Shown: in pieces, positions 8,034 to 17,468 of the stretch
How the letters are laid out: every line of letters starts with the position of its first letter
Numbering within the stretch: the stretch's first letter is position 1
Source: Vicinamibacterales bacterium
GTDB taxonomy: Bacteria; Acidobacteriota; Vicinamibacteria; Vicinamibacterales; JAMQPK01
DNA: 64,000 nt
NCBI GenBank assembly: GCA_963744405.1
Contig: CAVUTO010000018.1
Location: forward strand, 881-64,880
Direction: 5' to 3'
The notes under the pieces: model-generated
The model's database searches: none
Told to the model about the DNA's origin: nothing
What the model saw: only the letters and a program-made list of their open reading frames with translations
Translations under genes and position numbers: made by a program

Positions 8034-10079
8034 TTGGCGAAGGCGGTATGGGGACAGGTCTTTCGCGCCCGCGACACGAAGCTCAATCGCGACGTGGCGC
8101 TGAAAATCCTGCCCGACTCTTTCGCGCGCGACGCGGAGAGGCTGCAGCGATTCGAGCGTGAGGCGCGGACCCTGGCCGCACTGAACCACCCCGGCATCGC
8201 ACAAATCTACGGTACCGTCGAGGCCGAAGGGCACGAGGCGCTCGTCATGGAGCTCGTGCCCGGCCGCACGCTGGACGAGGTCATTCGCTCGAGCGCAGTC
8301 CGCACCGGCGCGGGCCTGGCGATACCCGACGTCGTCAGAATCGCGTCGCAGATCGCCGAGGCTTTGGAAGCCGCGCACGAGGCCGGCATCGTGCATCGCG
8401 ATCTCAAGCCTTCCAACGTCAAGGTCCGCGATGACGATGTGGTCAAGGTTCTCGATTTCGGCCTCGCGCGTGCGAGCGATTCCTCCGCGGCCAACCCCGT
8501 GGTGAGTCCGTCGACGGCCACGAGGCTGTCGCCGGCAGTGACCCAGGACGGGGTGATCCTTGGTACTGCCGGCTACATGAGTCCGGAGCAGGCGCGGGGG
8601 CGTTTGGCCGACAAGCGTTCCGACATCTGGGCCTTCGGCGCCGTCGTCTGGGAGATGCTGTCGGGCCGTCAGCTCTTCGGCGGCGAGACGGTCGCCGAGG
8701 TGATCGCCGCCGTGATCAAGGACGCGCCGGACCTCAACGCGCTGCCAGCCAACACGCCGCCTGGCCTGCGCCGGCTGCTCGAGCGATGCCTCGAGCGCGA
8801 TCCCAAACTGCGGCTCCGCGACATCGGCGAGGCGCGCATCGCCCTCACGCGGGCCGACGAGCCGCGCGACGTCGCATCGCCGGCGTCGCGATCGGCCGGT
8901 CGTATGCTCCTACTGGCGCTGGGCGTGTTCGGCATTGCCGCCGCGGCGGGTATGGCTAGCTGGATCATGAAACCCGGTGCGCCGGCGGCTCCCGTCCGCC
9001 GTTTCGACTTGCCGCAGACCATTGCCGACAACCGGAGTGCGTCGTTCGCGCCGGATGGCAACCAGATCGCCTACATCAAGGATGGGCGGTTGTACCTCCA
9101 CTCACTCGCCTCCGGAGTGGCGGCCGATCTCGGCGCCGTGCCTCCCGGCGCGGAGAACCTCTTCTGGTCGCACGACAGCCAGACGATTGGCTTCGCCGCC
9201 GAATCGACCATCCGCACAGTTCCGGCCACCGGAGGCACACCGCTCGTCGTCTGCCGGATTCCCGCATCCGGCCAGATCATGGGGGCGCTCTGGTTGCCCG
9301 ACGACACCATCGTGTTTGCCGTGTGGCGGGAGAGCGTCTACCGCGTGGCGGCGACGGGCGGCACGCCCGAGTTGCACGTTGCGCTCGATTCGGCGACGGA
9401 GGTCGATGCCCATTCGCTGACGATGGCGCCTGGCAATCGGCTGCTTCTGACCATCGACCTGCGTGGAGAGGTGGACAATCAGCGCGTGGACATCGTTGAA
9501 AACGGCCGGCGGATTCCGCTGTCGAGTGACGTCGATGTGTGGATTCCGCAGTTCGTCCCCCCGAACCATCTGCTGTTCGTGCGACGGCAAACGAACCCGG
9601 GCGTCTGGACAGTGCCATTCGACGGCGGCCCGCTCGACCTGACGAGGGCGTCGATGGTCCAACCCGGCGCGGCCGGTTTCGCCGCCGCCCGCGATGGCAC
9701 ACTCATGCTACGGTTCATGCCGAAGGAACGGCGTGACCTTGTCTGGGTGACCCGTTCCGGAACGACGACGACGGTTCCGGGCCGGGCGCTCGAGATGACT
9801 GCCGGAACCTTCGGACTGGCGCCGGACGGCGGCCGTGCACTCATCTCGACCCTGGGACCCGACTTCAGGGAGGAAGTCGTCGTACGCGATCTCGCCGCGG
9901 GCACGGACACACGCGTGCCACCGCCGCGACCAGTGAGCGCGATGATGACCGGGGCCACTGTCTCCTGGGCGCCTGGCGGACGCCTGTTCTTCGGCATTGG
10001 CGGCGTAGAAACGTCCGAGATCTTCGATTGGCCCGCCGATGGATTCCGACCGGGGGGCGCAAGCTCGTCGCGGGCCTGA
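8034..10079 (+). CDS. Ser/Thr protein kinase with a TM segment and a PD40/TolB-like beta-propeller; the 5' end is frame-disrupted
   Basis: 'RDTKLNRDVALKIL', 'HRDLKPSNVKV', 'DFGLAR', 'GTAGYMSPEQ', then 'FAPDGNQIAYI' and 'WSHDSQTIGFA'. The true N-terminus ('LAPGARLGVYEV', 'SAAIGEGGMG') sits at 7988-8060 in two other frames, implying about 3 indels in 80 nt. Confidence 0.8.
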   Translation: MAKAVWGQVFRARDTKLNRDVALKILPDSFARDAERLQRFEREARTLAALNHPGIAQIYGTVEAEGHEALVMELVPGRTLDEVIRSSAVRTGAGLAIPDVVRIASQIAEALEAAHEAGIVHRDLKPSNVKVRDDDVVKVLDFGLARASDSSAANPVVSPSTATRLSPAVTQDGVILGTAGYMSPEQARGRLADKRSDIWAFGAVVWEMLSGRQLFGGETVAEVIAAVIKDAPDLNALPANTPPGLRRLLERCLERDPKLRLRDIGEARIALTRADEPRDVASPASRSAGRMLLLALGVFGIAAAAGMASWIMKPGAPAAPVRRFDLPQTIADNRSASFAPDGNQIAYIKDGRLYLHSLASGVAADLGAVPPGAENLFWSHDSQTIGFAAESTIRTVPATGGTPLVVCRIPASGQIMGALWLPDDTIVFAVWRESVYRVAATGGTPELHVALDSATEVDAHSLTMAPGNRLLLTIDLRGEVDNQRVDIVENGRRIPLSSDVDVWIPQFVPPNHLLFVRRQTNPGVWTVPFDGGPLDLTRASMVQPGAAGFAAARDGTLMLRFMPKERRDLVWVTRSGTTTTVPGRALEMTAGTFGLAPDGGRALISTLGPDFREEVVVRDLAAGTDTRVPPPRPVSAMMTGATVSWAPGGRLFFGIGGVETSEIFDWPADGFRPGGASSSRA

Positions 10080-10642
10080 GCGCACGAATGGTGGCGGGCC
10101 GTCCGGAGATCTACTTCACGCGCGACGAGAGAGGTGCGGATTGTTTGCGGCGGGCGGCGCTGCGACCAGACGGGACGGTGGATAAGCTCGAGCCGGTGTT
10201 TCCGGCCAACCCGGAGCCCAAGGTGCGTTGGTTCGACGTGTCGCCGGATGGGCGGCTACTGGCGTTCACCGACGGGGACCCACTGCAGACGAACGTCTTC
10301 GTCACGACGCTGCCGGACCTTCGAGAACGCCGGCAGGTCACCTCGAGCGGCGGGCGCCAGCCGAGGTTCTCGCGGGACGGCAAGGAGCTCCTCTACGTCA
10401 GCGGAACGGGCACAGGCGACTCGATGCGTCAACTCAACGCCGTGTCGCTCGCGATGAACCCGCTCACCATCGGTGCACCATCGGTGGTCCTCGTCGAGGA
10501 TTCGGCGCGCGGGGTGTCGGTGAGGTCGTTCGACGAGGCGGCGGACGGACGGCTGCTGATGACCCGCAGGGCCGACCCGCTGCCCGGCGACGCAGCTCGC
10601 GTGGTGCTGGTGCAGAACTGGCTGGCGGCGATCAGGAAGTGA
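10028..10642 (+). CDS. C-terminal continuation of the 8034 kinase propeller (frameshift near 10045)
   Basis: 'VSPDGRLLAFTDG', 'FSRDGKELLYVS' and the family-typical ending 'VVLVQNWLAAIRK'. It overlaps the end of ORF 8034-10079 in another frame. Confidence 0.6.
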   Translation: MARRWIPTGGRKLVAGLSARMVAGRPEIYFTRDERGADCLRRAALRPDGTVDKLEPVFPANPEPKVRWFDVSPDGRLLAFTDGDPLQTNVFVTTLPDLRERRQVTSSGGRQPRFSRDGKELLYVSGTGTGDSMRQLNAVSLAMNPLTIGAPSVVLVEDSARGVSVRSFDEAADGRLLMTRRADPLPGDAARVVLVQNWLAAIRK

Positions 10643-10654
10643 TTCTGCGCGCGT

Positions 10655-12037
10655 TCACTTCTCCCCGGCGAGCCGCGCGTCGATGTCGGCCTTCGACAGC
10701 CACCGGCCGTTCACCATGACGCCGGCAATTCGCGAACTGTTCGCGATGTTCGCGAGCGGGTTGGCCTCGAGCAGGATCAGATCGGCTCGCTTGCCGGCGG
10801 CGACCGTTCCAACGGTCGACTGCGTGCCGAAGTAGACCCCGACGTTGGCGGTCCCACTTTTCAACGCCTCGTACGGCGTCAACCCGGCGGCCACGATTGC
10901 GCCAAGCTCGCGGTGCGCCGAGAACCCCGGCACGTTCCAGGTCTGCGGCGCGTCGGATCCCAACGCGAACGGGACGCCGCCGTCGTGCAGCGCCTTGATG
11001 AGCTTCCGGCGCAGCGCCAGCAACTTCTGGCGATCGGCCTGCGGATACTTCGCGAGAAACCCCTGCTTCTGAGCGATCCACTTCGCCAGGATTTCCGTCG
11101 CTACGTACTTCATCTCGGGCCATTTCGCCATGACCTGCGGGTCCTCGTCGTTCAGCCAGTTGACGAGCAGGATCTCGGTGGGGACCTGCCACGTTCCGGC
11201 CGCGCGCGTCGTCTTGACCAGCTCCGGGATTCGGCTCTCCTCCGCCCGCGAGACGAGATTGACGCCAAAATTCTGCGACCCGGAGGCGTCGGGCACCAGC
11301 GCCTCGACGTAGCCGTCGAGGTGATCGATGCTTCGATACCTCGCCTCGAGCGCGCGCCTCAACCCGACGGCCTCGGGCACGTGCCCGGCGAACGGAATCT
11401 TGAGCTCGCCGGCCTTGGCAGCCATCGCATCGAAGGCGTCGCGCGGAACGCCCGGGTGAATCTTGAGCAGGTCGTAGCCCGCTTTCTGCTGCTCGATGAC
11501 CATCGCGGCCGCGGCGTCGGGCGCCTTCACGGTGTTGCCGCTGAACGATGGACCCGACGTGTAAATGCGCGGGCCGAGGACTTCGCCCTTCGACACCCGC
11601 TCGCGGTAGACGAGGTGCCGCGGATCGCCCAGCATGCCGCGGATCGTGGTGACGCCGTTGGCGACGTAGAGAAACAGCGTGCGCTCGATGTCGGCCTCCG
11701 GCGCGTTGCCGCCGGGAATGTGCGCGTGGAGCTCACCGAGTCCCGGCATGAGGTACCTGCCCTTGCCGTCGACCTTCACCGCTCCGGCCGGCACCTGCGC
11801 CTTCCCCGCCGGAGCGATCGACGCGATCTTCCCGTCGGTGACGACGACGGTCTGGTCCGCGAGCACGGCGTCCTTGTCCATTGGCAGCACGTTGACGCCG
11901 ATGAACGCCGTGGCTGCCCCCTGCGCAATCGGTTGGTTGGAGGGCGAAGTGTTCAGCAGGGTTGCCGTCGCCGCGATGGCCATCAGGACCGACACGGGAT
12001 GCCTGGCAGTCAGAATAGTCATAGACGAATAGTACAA
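10655..12037 (-). CDS. Amidohydrolase family metallo-hydrolase (secreted)
   Basis: N-terminal signal-like helix, 'GLGELHAHIPGG' (HxH metal motif), 'IDHLDG' and 'FALGSDAP'. Confidence 0.8.
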   Translation of the reverse strand: MYYSSMTILTARHPVSVLMAIAATATLLNTSPSNQPIAQGAATAFIGVNVLPMDKDAVLADQTVVVTDGKIASIAPAGKAQVPAGAVKVDGKGRYLMPGLGELHAHIPGGNAPEADIERTLFLYVANGVTTIRGMLGDPRHLVYRERVSKGEVLGPRIYTSGPSFSGNTVKAPDAAAAMVIEQQKAGYDLLKIHPGVPRDAFDAMAAKAGELKIPFAGHVPEAVGLRRALEARYRSIDHLDGYVEALVPDASGSQNFGVNLVSRAEESRIPELVKTTRAAGTWQVPTEILLVNWLNDEDPQVMAKWPEMKYVATEILAKWIAQKQGFLAKYPQADRQKLLALRRKLIKALHDGGVPFALGSDAPQTWNVPGFSAHRELGAIVAAGLTPYEALKSGTANVGVYFGTQSTVGTVAAGKRADLILLEANPLANIANSSRIAGVMVNGRWLSKADIDARLAGEK

Positions 12038-12069
12038 CGGCAGCGGGAGACGACTGCGAGAAGTAGCGA

Positions 12070-12408
12070 TTACGCTACCGAACGCTGCCCCGTCTCAGCT
12101 TGCTGGTCGCCTCTCTTCTTCAGGAAATCGAGGACACGCGCGTCCACGATTCGAGATTGGCTGAAACACATGTCGTGACGGCAGCCTGGGATCAGTTCGC
12201 CCTCGAAATGAGTAATCAGCCGGCGTGCCCGATCGCATGCCTGCGCCGGGTCGTAAATCACCTCGCCATCACCAAAGAGCAGCAGCACCGGCATGTGCAG
12301 GCTCTGCAGCTCGTTGTCGGATAACGGATTGACAGCGTCACGATTCACACGCATCGTCTCCTTGGGCATTCGAAAGTGCTTCGTCCCCAGATACATCAGG
12401 TCAAGCAC
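12070..12408 (-). CDS. Alpha/beta hydrolase C-terminal part (belongs with 12396-13622; frameshift near 12400)
   Basis: 'HMPVLLLFGDGEVIYDPAQA...LIPGCRHDMCFSQ' carries the catalytic His region of the alpha/beta fold. It overlaps the upstream ORF end in another frame. Confidence 0.6.
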   Translation of the reverse strand: MLDLMYLGTKHFRMPKETMRVNRDAVNPLSDNELQSLHMPVLLLFGDGEVIYDPAQACDRARRLITHFEGELIPGCRHDMCFSQSRIVDARVLDFLKKRGDQQAETGQRSVA

Positions 12409-13622
12409 ATACCCAGCGTCCTCTTAGTTATCCCCGCCCAACTCATGAACGAGTTGACAGTGAACCGCGTGGGAAAAAACGCCAGCAGCATGCCGCGGAG
12501 GCCAAACTGCTTCACCATGTGCAGGAAGCCCCCCGCGGAGAGAAGAACGAGACGCTGGATCCGCTCAGGCGCGGCCACTGTGTACTGCAACGCAATCCAT
12601 CCGCCGAACGACATGCCTACGAGCGAAACGCGACCGAGATCGAGGCCATCAAGTGTGGCAGTCAACCACGCAACATAATCTTTTGCATCTCCGATCGGGT
12701 CGCAGGGAACACTCTTGCCCGGCTGCCCCATGATGTCGATCGCATACACACGATAGTCCCTGCTGAAGTCGGCAACATTCGGTGCCCACATCACTGACGT
12801 TGCCATGTACCCGTGCAACAAGACCAATACCGGCGCGTTCTTCGGGCCGGCCGCGACGACGTGCGTCAGGCCGAAGCGCGTCGGGATGTCGAGCTGTTCG
12901 TACGGGACGGGCCACAGCTTCAGCGCGGCGTCATAGGCCGCGAGGAACCTGGCTTCACCGTCAGGAGTCCTGAATCCTTCCTTCGATGTTGTGGTCCGCA
13001 ACAGTACCATCGCCAGCGCCGCAACCCACGTCAGGAACACGGCGATGTTGATGCGCTCCCACAGCCCAATCCACGGAGTGGGCAGACCGGATTCCAGACG
13101 TGGAGCTTCGACAAACGTCAGGGCGCCGAACGTGATCAGCACCACGCCGCTGATGATGGAGTAGAGGCGGAACCGCTTTCCGAATGCGCTAGCGCCAAAG
13201 CCCATTGCGAGGAACATGAGGAGCACCGTCACGCCGCCGAGCACGACGTGCATCGTGTCGCTCCACGTGCCTCCGCCGGCTGCCAGCACCTCGCGCTGGT
13301 GCATCGCAGCAAACGGCCAGAGGAGCCCGAGCGATCCGTAGGCCAGCATCAGCCCGCCCACGATTCGCACGGCACGGTTGCGGCCGGCCGATTGCCAGAC
13401 GCCCAATCCAAAGGCGGCCATCAGCACCGTGTAAGCCGAGCCGAGCCACATCCAGAGCGTCCGCGTCGGCGCTCCAATCGCGGTCAGTTCGCTGGGCACC
13501 TGAGAGACGAGGCTGTATCCCTCGAACCGGATCGCGCCGATCATCGCGCCGTAGAGCAGCGAAGAGAGGATGCCGCAGACGAGCAACGCCTGTCGCGCTT
13601 CCATGACACCTATGCGTAGCAT
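12396..13622 (-). CDS. DUF998-like polytopic membrane domain fused to an alpha/beta hydrolase (N-terminal and central part)
   Basis: About 200 aa with 6 hydrophobic helices, then 'VLVLLHGYMATSVMW' and the nucleophile elbow 'LVGMSFGGWIAL' (GxSxG). Confidence 0.7.
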   Translation of the reverse strand: MLRIGVMEARQALLVCGILSSLLYGAMIGAIRFEGYSLVSQVPSELTAIGAPTRTLWMWLGSAYTVLMAAFGLGVWQSAGRNRAVRIVGGLMLAYGSLGLLWPFAAMHQREVLAAGGGTWSDTMHVVLGGVTVLLMFLAMGFGASAFGKRFRLYSIISGVVLITFGALTFVEAPRLESGLPTPWIGLWERINIAVFLTWVAALAMVLLRTTTSKEGFRTPDGEARFLAAYDAALKLWPVPYEQLDIPTRFGLTHVVAAGPKNAPVLVLLHGYMATSVMWAPNVADFSRDYRVYAIDIMGQPGKSVPCDPIGDAKDYVAWLTATLDGLDLGRVSLVGMSFGGWIALQYTVAAPERIQRLVLLSAGGFLHMVKQFGLRGMLLAFFPTRFTVNSFMSWAGITKRTLGMCLT

Positions 13623-13756
13623 TTGCCGTACCCAATCAGATCGGCGCGAATCTGAACCTGGCGCGGGCCCTCCCGGGGATAAGACAAGTCAGCTGTCGAA
13701 AATCCCGCCCGTCCCAGGGACTTTTTCGCTTTAGGATTGCCATCACGGCAGTCCTC

Positions 13757-14417
13757 ATGCTCCGCCACGTGTTTGCCTGGTTCGCAATGCTCGTCATCGC
13801 GGTTGCGAACGGAGCGCCGGGCGTTGTGAGGACGATGGGGTTGGCTGTGTCGTTGCCCTTGCTGTTGGCCCTGCAGGCAACAGCTCAACAGGTTGACGCC
13901 ACTGCCGAGCCCGCCCCGCTGGCCCGTGGCTACCGTACTCGCACGCTGGCCGGAGGCTGGGGGCACTCGTGGTTGCACGGCTGGCCTGGCTACGGCAAGG
14001 CGGTCAGCGACATTCAGTACTTCGGCTTCTACCCGCAGATGGGCTGGTTCGTCACGAATTGGCTCGAACTGTACGGCGAAGGGACGGTGCACCTGTACTA
14101 TCGCCCCGATGTTTCCATTCTCGGGGGAATTGTCGGCTTCGGCGGCCGGCACTACTTCCTGAGGGACCGGCCGTGGACACCTTATTACACCCTGGCCGGC
14201 GGAATGGCTTGGACGTCCCTCGAGGTGCCGGAGGTGGACCGGATTCTGGAATTTCCAGGTGGTGTGGGGCGCAGGTATCAAGCGGATCACTCGCCGCGGG
14301 CCGGGGCTGATGCTGGAGTTCCGCAACCACCACATCTCCAACGCCGGCACTCGCGGCGAGAACCTCGGCGTCAACGCCGCGACGGTGGTCGTCGGTGTCC
14401 ACTGGGTGCTGCGGTAA
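13757..14417 (+). CDS. PagL-like lipid A deacylase / acyloxyacyl hydrolase outer-membrane protein (one frameshift at ~14249)
   Basis: After 'EVPEVDRIL' the frame must shift by one base to read 'NFQVVWGAGIKRITRRGPGLMLEFRNHHISNAGTRGENLGVNAATVVVGVHWVLR*'. This carries the HxSN catalytic motif, and the stop is at 14415-14417. Confidence 0.6.
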
Positions 14418-14895
14418 GTCGGGCCGACAGGCGGTGAAGGCAAACACCATCGGCGGCAGTCGCAACGATCAACCTGGCGTCGGCACCGACTTAGGCGTCT
14501 GTTAAGGCTCAGGCCAATGTCTCGGTGAATTCCCCATCGCTTGGCGGACTACCCCGGAGTAATCCGCCGAGAAATGTCGGAGTCACCCGCATCGCTGGAC
14601 AGAAATCGCCAACTTCAGTTGACCGCGACCCCGATGAGCGGCAACGCCGCCTCAGAGCGCACGGCGTTGTAACCCTCTAAACGTGCCGGTCCTACTGCGG
14701 CTTAGACTTCACCCAGCCGCGCTTGTCAACCAGAACGCCGCGCTTTACAAAGACGAAGTACTCGATACCGTCACCAGGATCTGCGTACTCCAGCATCACT
14801 TGTTCGCTCGCCATGTTAAGGAATTCTGCAGCGGGCGCCAACCTGGCGAAAAGCCGGGCTCGCCAGCCTTGAATTGATCCTGTGCAACGGTAGGA

Positions 14896-14971
14896 CTCTA
14901 TCGGGAGTGACCCGGCGCGCGGACGCACGCTTCGAGCCCGGATGAGGACCGCCGGGTCACTTTCGATAGAG
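14896..14971. other. Conserved end-proximal hairpin of IS copy 1
   Basis: The arms CTCTATCGGGAGTGACCCGGCG and CGCCGGGTCACTTTCGATAGAG form 22 bp with two G-T pairs. Copy 2 has the same structure with a compensated C:G to T:A change. Confidence 0.5.
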
Positions 14972-15224
14972 CCGTTTGGACCAAGCCGCTGGCGTTTGCG
15001 GCGGACGCGGGCCGGTCGGCTATGGGCGTTCGAATCGTGACGAGCCCCGAGGCGTTCGGGTGCGCGTCTTCGCGATGGAGGCCTGATCGAGGCGGTCGAG
15101 GACGTCGCCGGCATGTCGGATCGACATGACGGATGCGACACGGCGATCGCGGCTGTGGACAGACCTCCGGTGCTCGCGCGTGGGAGCGCGGCTGACGGCG
15201 GAGTGGCGAGACGCGGGCGGCGGC

Positions 15225-16419
15225 TTACGAGCTGTCATAGACGAGGTCGGCGAGGAGCGCTGCAAGAAAGAGCTGCCGCGCGGTCAGTCGTTCGACGATG
15301 CGCATAGGCGCGCCACAGCGCGGACACGGCCAGGACGCTCGTGGCGTGCGGTGACTGAGCGGCGCGGTCGGTGGCGGCGGCGCACCGCGAGCGACCTGCT
15401 CGACACGTGGGCAAGATCGGCGGGTGCGAGCAGCGAGGGGCGAGCAAGCCCGAAGTAGCGGATGCGGACGAAGCGTTTCGGGAGGACGTGCAGCAAGAAA
15501 GCGTCGGAGGAAGTCGTCGACGTCGAGCGTCAGCGTGCGCATCTGGCTCCCGTGCCGATAGTCCTTCCACCGAAACGAGACCGTGTCGTCGGTGACGGCG
15601 ACGAGTCGGTGATTCGAGATGGCGACGCGGTGGGTGTACCGCGCGAGGTAGTGCAGGACGTGGGCGGGGCTGCCAAAGGGCGGCTTCGCGTAGACCACCC
15701 ACGGTTGGTGATGGAGCGATCGGAGCCACCGCGCGAAAGGCGGACTCGGGTGCCAGCGCCTGCAAGGCCCCAGGAAACGAGAGCCGTCCCTCCCGCCACG
15801 CCTTGCGCAAGCCGGCGACGAGTTTCCCGCGAAAGACCTGCCTCAGCACCTTCACGGGCAGAAAGAAATTCGGTCGCGCGTGGATCCACCGCGCCCCATC
15901 GGGCGACAGGCCGCCAGCAGGGACCACGCAGTGGACGTGCGGGTGATGCTGCAGGCGTTGTCCCCAGGTGTGGAGGACCATCAGTCCCCCAATCGCCGCG
16001 CCCAGGCGTTTCGGATTCGCCGCGACCTGCAGCAAGGTCGCGGCGGTGGCCTGAAACAGGAGGTCGTAGACGACGCGTTTATTCGCCAGCGCGAGCCGTG
16101 CCAGCGGTTCCGGCACCGTGAAGACGACGTGGACGTAGCCCACCGGCAGGAGCTCGTGCTCCCGCGCGGCCACCCAGGCGTTACGGGCGGCTGTGAGGCA
16201 CTTCGGGCAATGCCGATCCCGACAGCTGTTGTACGAGAGCGCCGACTGCGCGCACTGGTCGCAGCGATCGCGGTGCCCGCCGAGTGCCGCGGTTCGACAC
16301 TGGGCGATGGCCCGGAGGACGCGCCGATGGTGCCCGGTCACCCAGGCGCAGTGCGTCTCCAAGAAACGATCGCCGTGTTGGCGCACGATGTCGGCCACCT
16401 CAAAGGGTGGCCGCGTCAC
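15225..16419 (-). pseudogene. IS91-family Y2 (rolling-circle, HUH) transposase, at least 3 frameshifts
   Basis: 'CDQCAQSALSYNSCRDRHCPKC' is the zinc-binding motif. 'HTWGQRLQHHPHVHCVVPAGG' is the HUH motif. 'HYLARYTHRVAISNHR' is the Y2 motif. The pieces are spread over ORFs 15235-16980, 15225-15698 and 15284-15496. The GTG start at 16419 overlaps the recombinase TGA. Confidence 0.75.
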
Positions 16420-17314
16420 CGCCGGTGCTTCAGCCGCGTCCGTCGCGCGGTGTCGGGCGCCGCGAGGGTCAGCGCGTCCAAGGGACTGGCGACGGCCTGG
16501 AGATGTTTCTGGGAGAGATGGAGATAGAGCACGGTGTGCCGGATCTCCACGTGGCCAAGGAGCAGCTGAATCGTCCGGAGGTCCGCGCCACTCTCCAGTA
16601 AGTGGGTGGCGTACGAATGGCGCACCAGGTGCGGCGAGCAGCGCTTGCGCACGCCGGCGCGCCGGGCCGCGACGACGCACGCGTCCCAGAGGACCTTGGG
16701 CGTGATGGGCTTGTCGGCGCGCCAGCCGTCGACGGTGCCCGGAAACAGCCACGTCTTCGGCCGCATCCACCGGTAGTAGGCGCGCAACGTCGTCAGGAGC
16801 GTCGGGCTGAGCGGCACATACCGATCTCGTCCGCCCTTTCCCGCGCTGGATGTGAATGAGCATCCGCCGGCTATCGATGTCCGCGACCTGCAGCTGGCGC
16901 AGCTCCGCGTTCCGCATGCCGGTCGAGTACAGGACCATCAGCATCGTGCGGTGCGACAGACTGTCGGCGGCGTCGATCAACGCGCGCCATCTCCTCGACG
17001 CTCAGGATCTTGCGGCAGCCGCCGCGGGGCTTTGGGATAGGGCGTGTCGTCGAGCAGGTACCGACGCTTCAGCGTCTTCACGAAGAAGAAGCGCAACGCC
17101 GCGACGTGGAGGCGAACCGTCAACGGTCGCATCTTCCGCTCGATGCAGCAGATACGCTTGGTAGCGATCGGAAATGCGTCTGATTCAGCCGGTCAGGCCG
17201 GCACTTGAAATGTCGGGCGAATTGCTCGACGGCGTGAAGATACGTCGAGATGGTCGTCGGCGCGTAGTTACGGCGCTGGAGCTCCTCCAGCATGATCTGG
17301 CGGCAATGGGTCAC
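16416..17314 (-). pseudogene. Tyrosine recombinase (phage-integrase family), frame-disrupted
   Basis: N-terminal SAM-like 'MTHCRQIMLEELQRRNYAPTTISTYLHAVEQFARHF' (17120-17314). Core 'ADSLSHRTMLMVLYSTGMRNAELRQLQVADID'. C-terminal 'HLVRHSYATHLLESGADLRTIQLLLGHVEIRHTVLYLH' (16416-16817). AGGAGG lies 6 nt upstream of the GTG. Confidence 0.75.
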
Positions 17315-17468
17315 AAGACACCTCCTGTGACCCCCACGCTACCCCGACGATCGAGCGAGGCTTACGCGTAGCGTCCGCCGCGCCAGCGGCTTGGTCCAAC
17401 GCCGTAGTGTAGAGATACCGATCGCTCCACACCAGGCGACCAATTGCGGGTAATCCTCTGATGGTTTA

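Larger units (their letters stand above)
14887..17423 (-). mobile_element. Copy 1 of a two-gene element: tyrosine recombinase + IS91-family (HUH-Y2) transposase, decayed
   Basis: It aligns end to end with 61130-63627. Imperfect inverted repeats lie at 14976-15008 and 17371-17399 (TTGGACCAAGCCGCTGGCG...CGGCGGACGC). Both genes are frame-broken. Confidence 0.75.

Noticed and set aside
14692-14814. 40-codon minus-strand ORF 'MASEQVMLEYADPGDGIEYFVFVKRGVLVDKRGWVKSKPQ' next to the IS left end
   Set aside because: It has no recognisable family and no ribosome-binding site. It is too short to separate from chance. It is kept only as a note.
15235-16980. 581-aa ORF that looks like one large recombinase-transposase fusion protein
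   Set aside because: Only its ends are in a meaningful frame. The middle ~150 aa are out-of-frame read-through of the recombinase gene. The real organisation is shown by copy 2 and by ORF 16416-16817: two overlapping genes.
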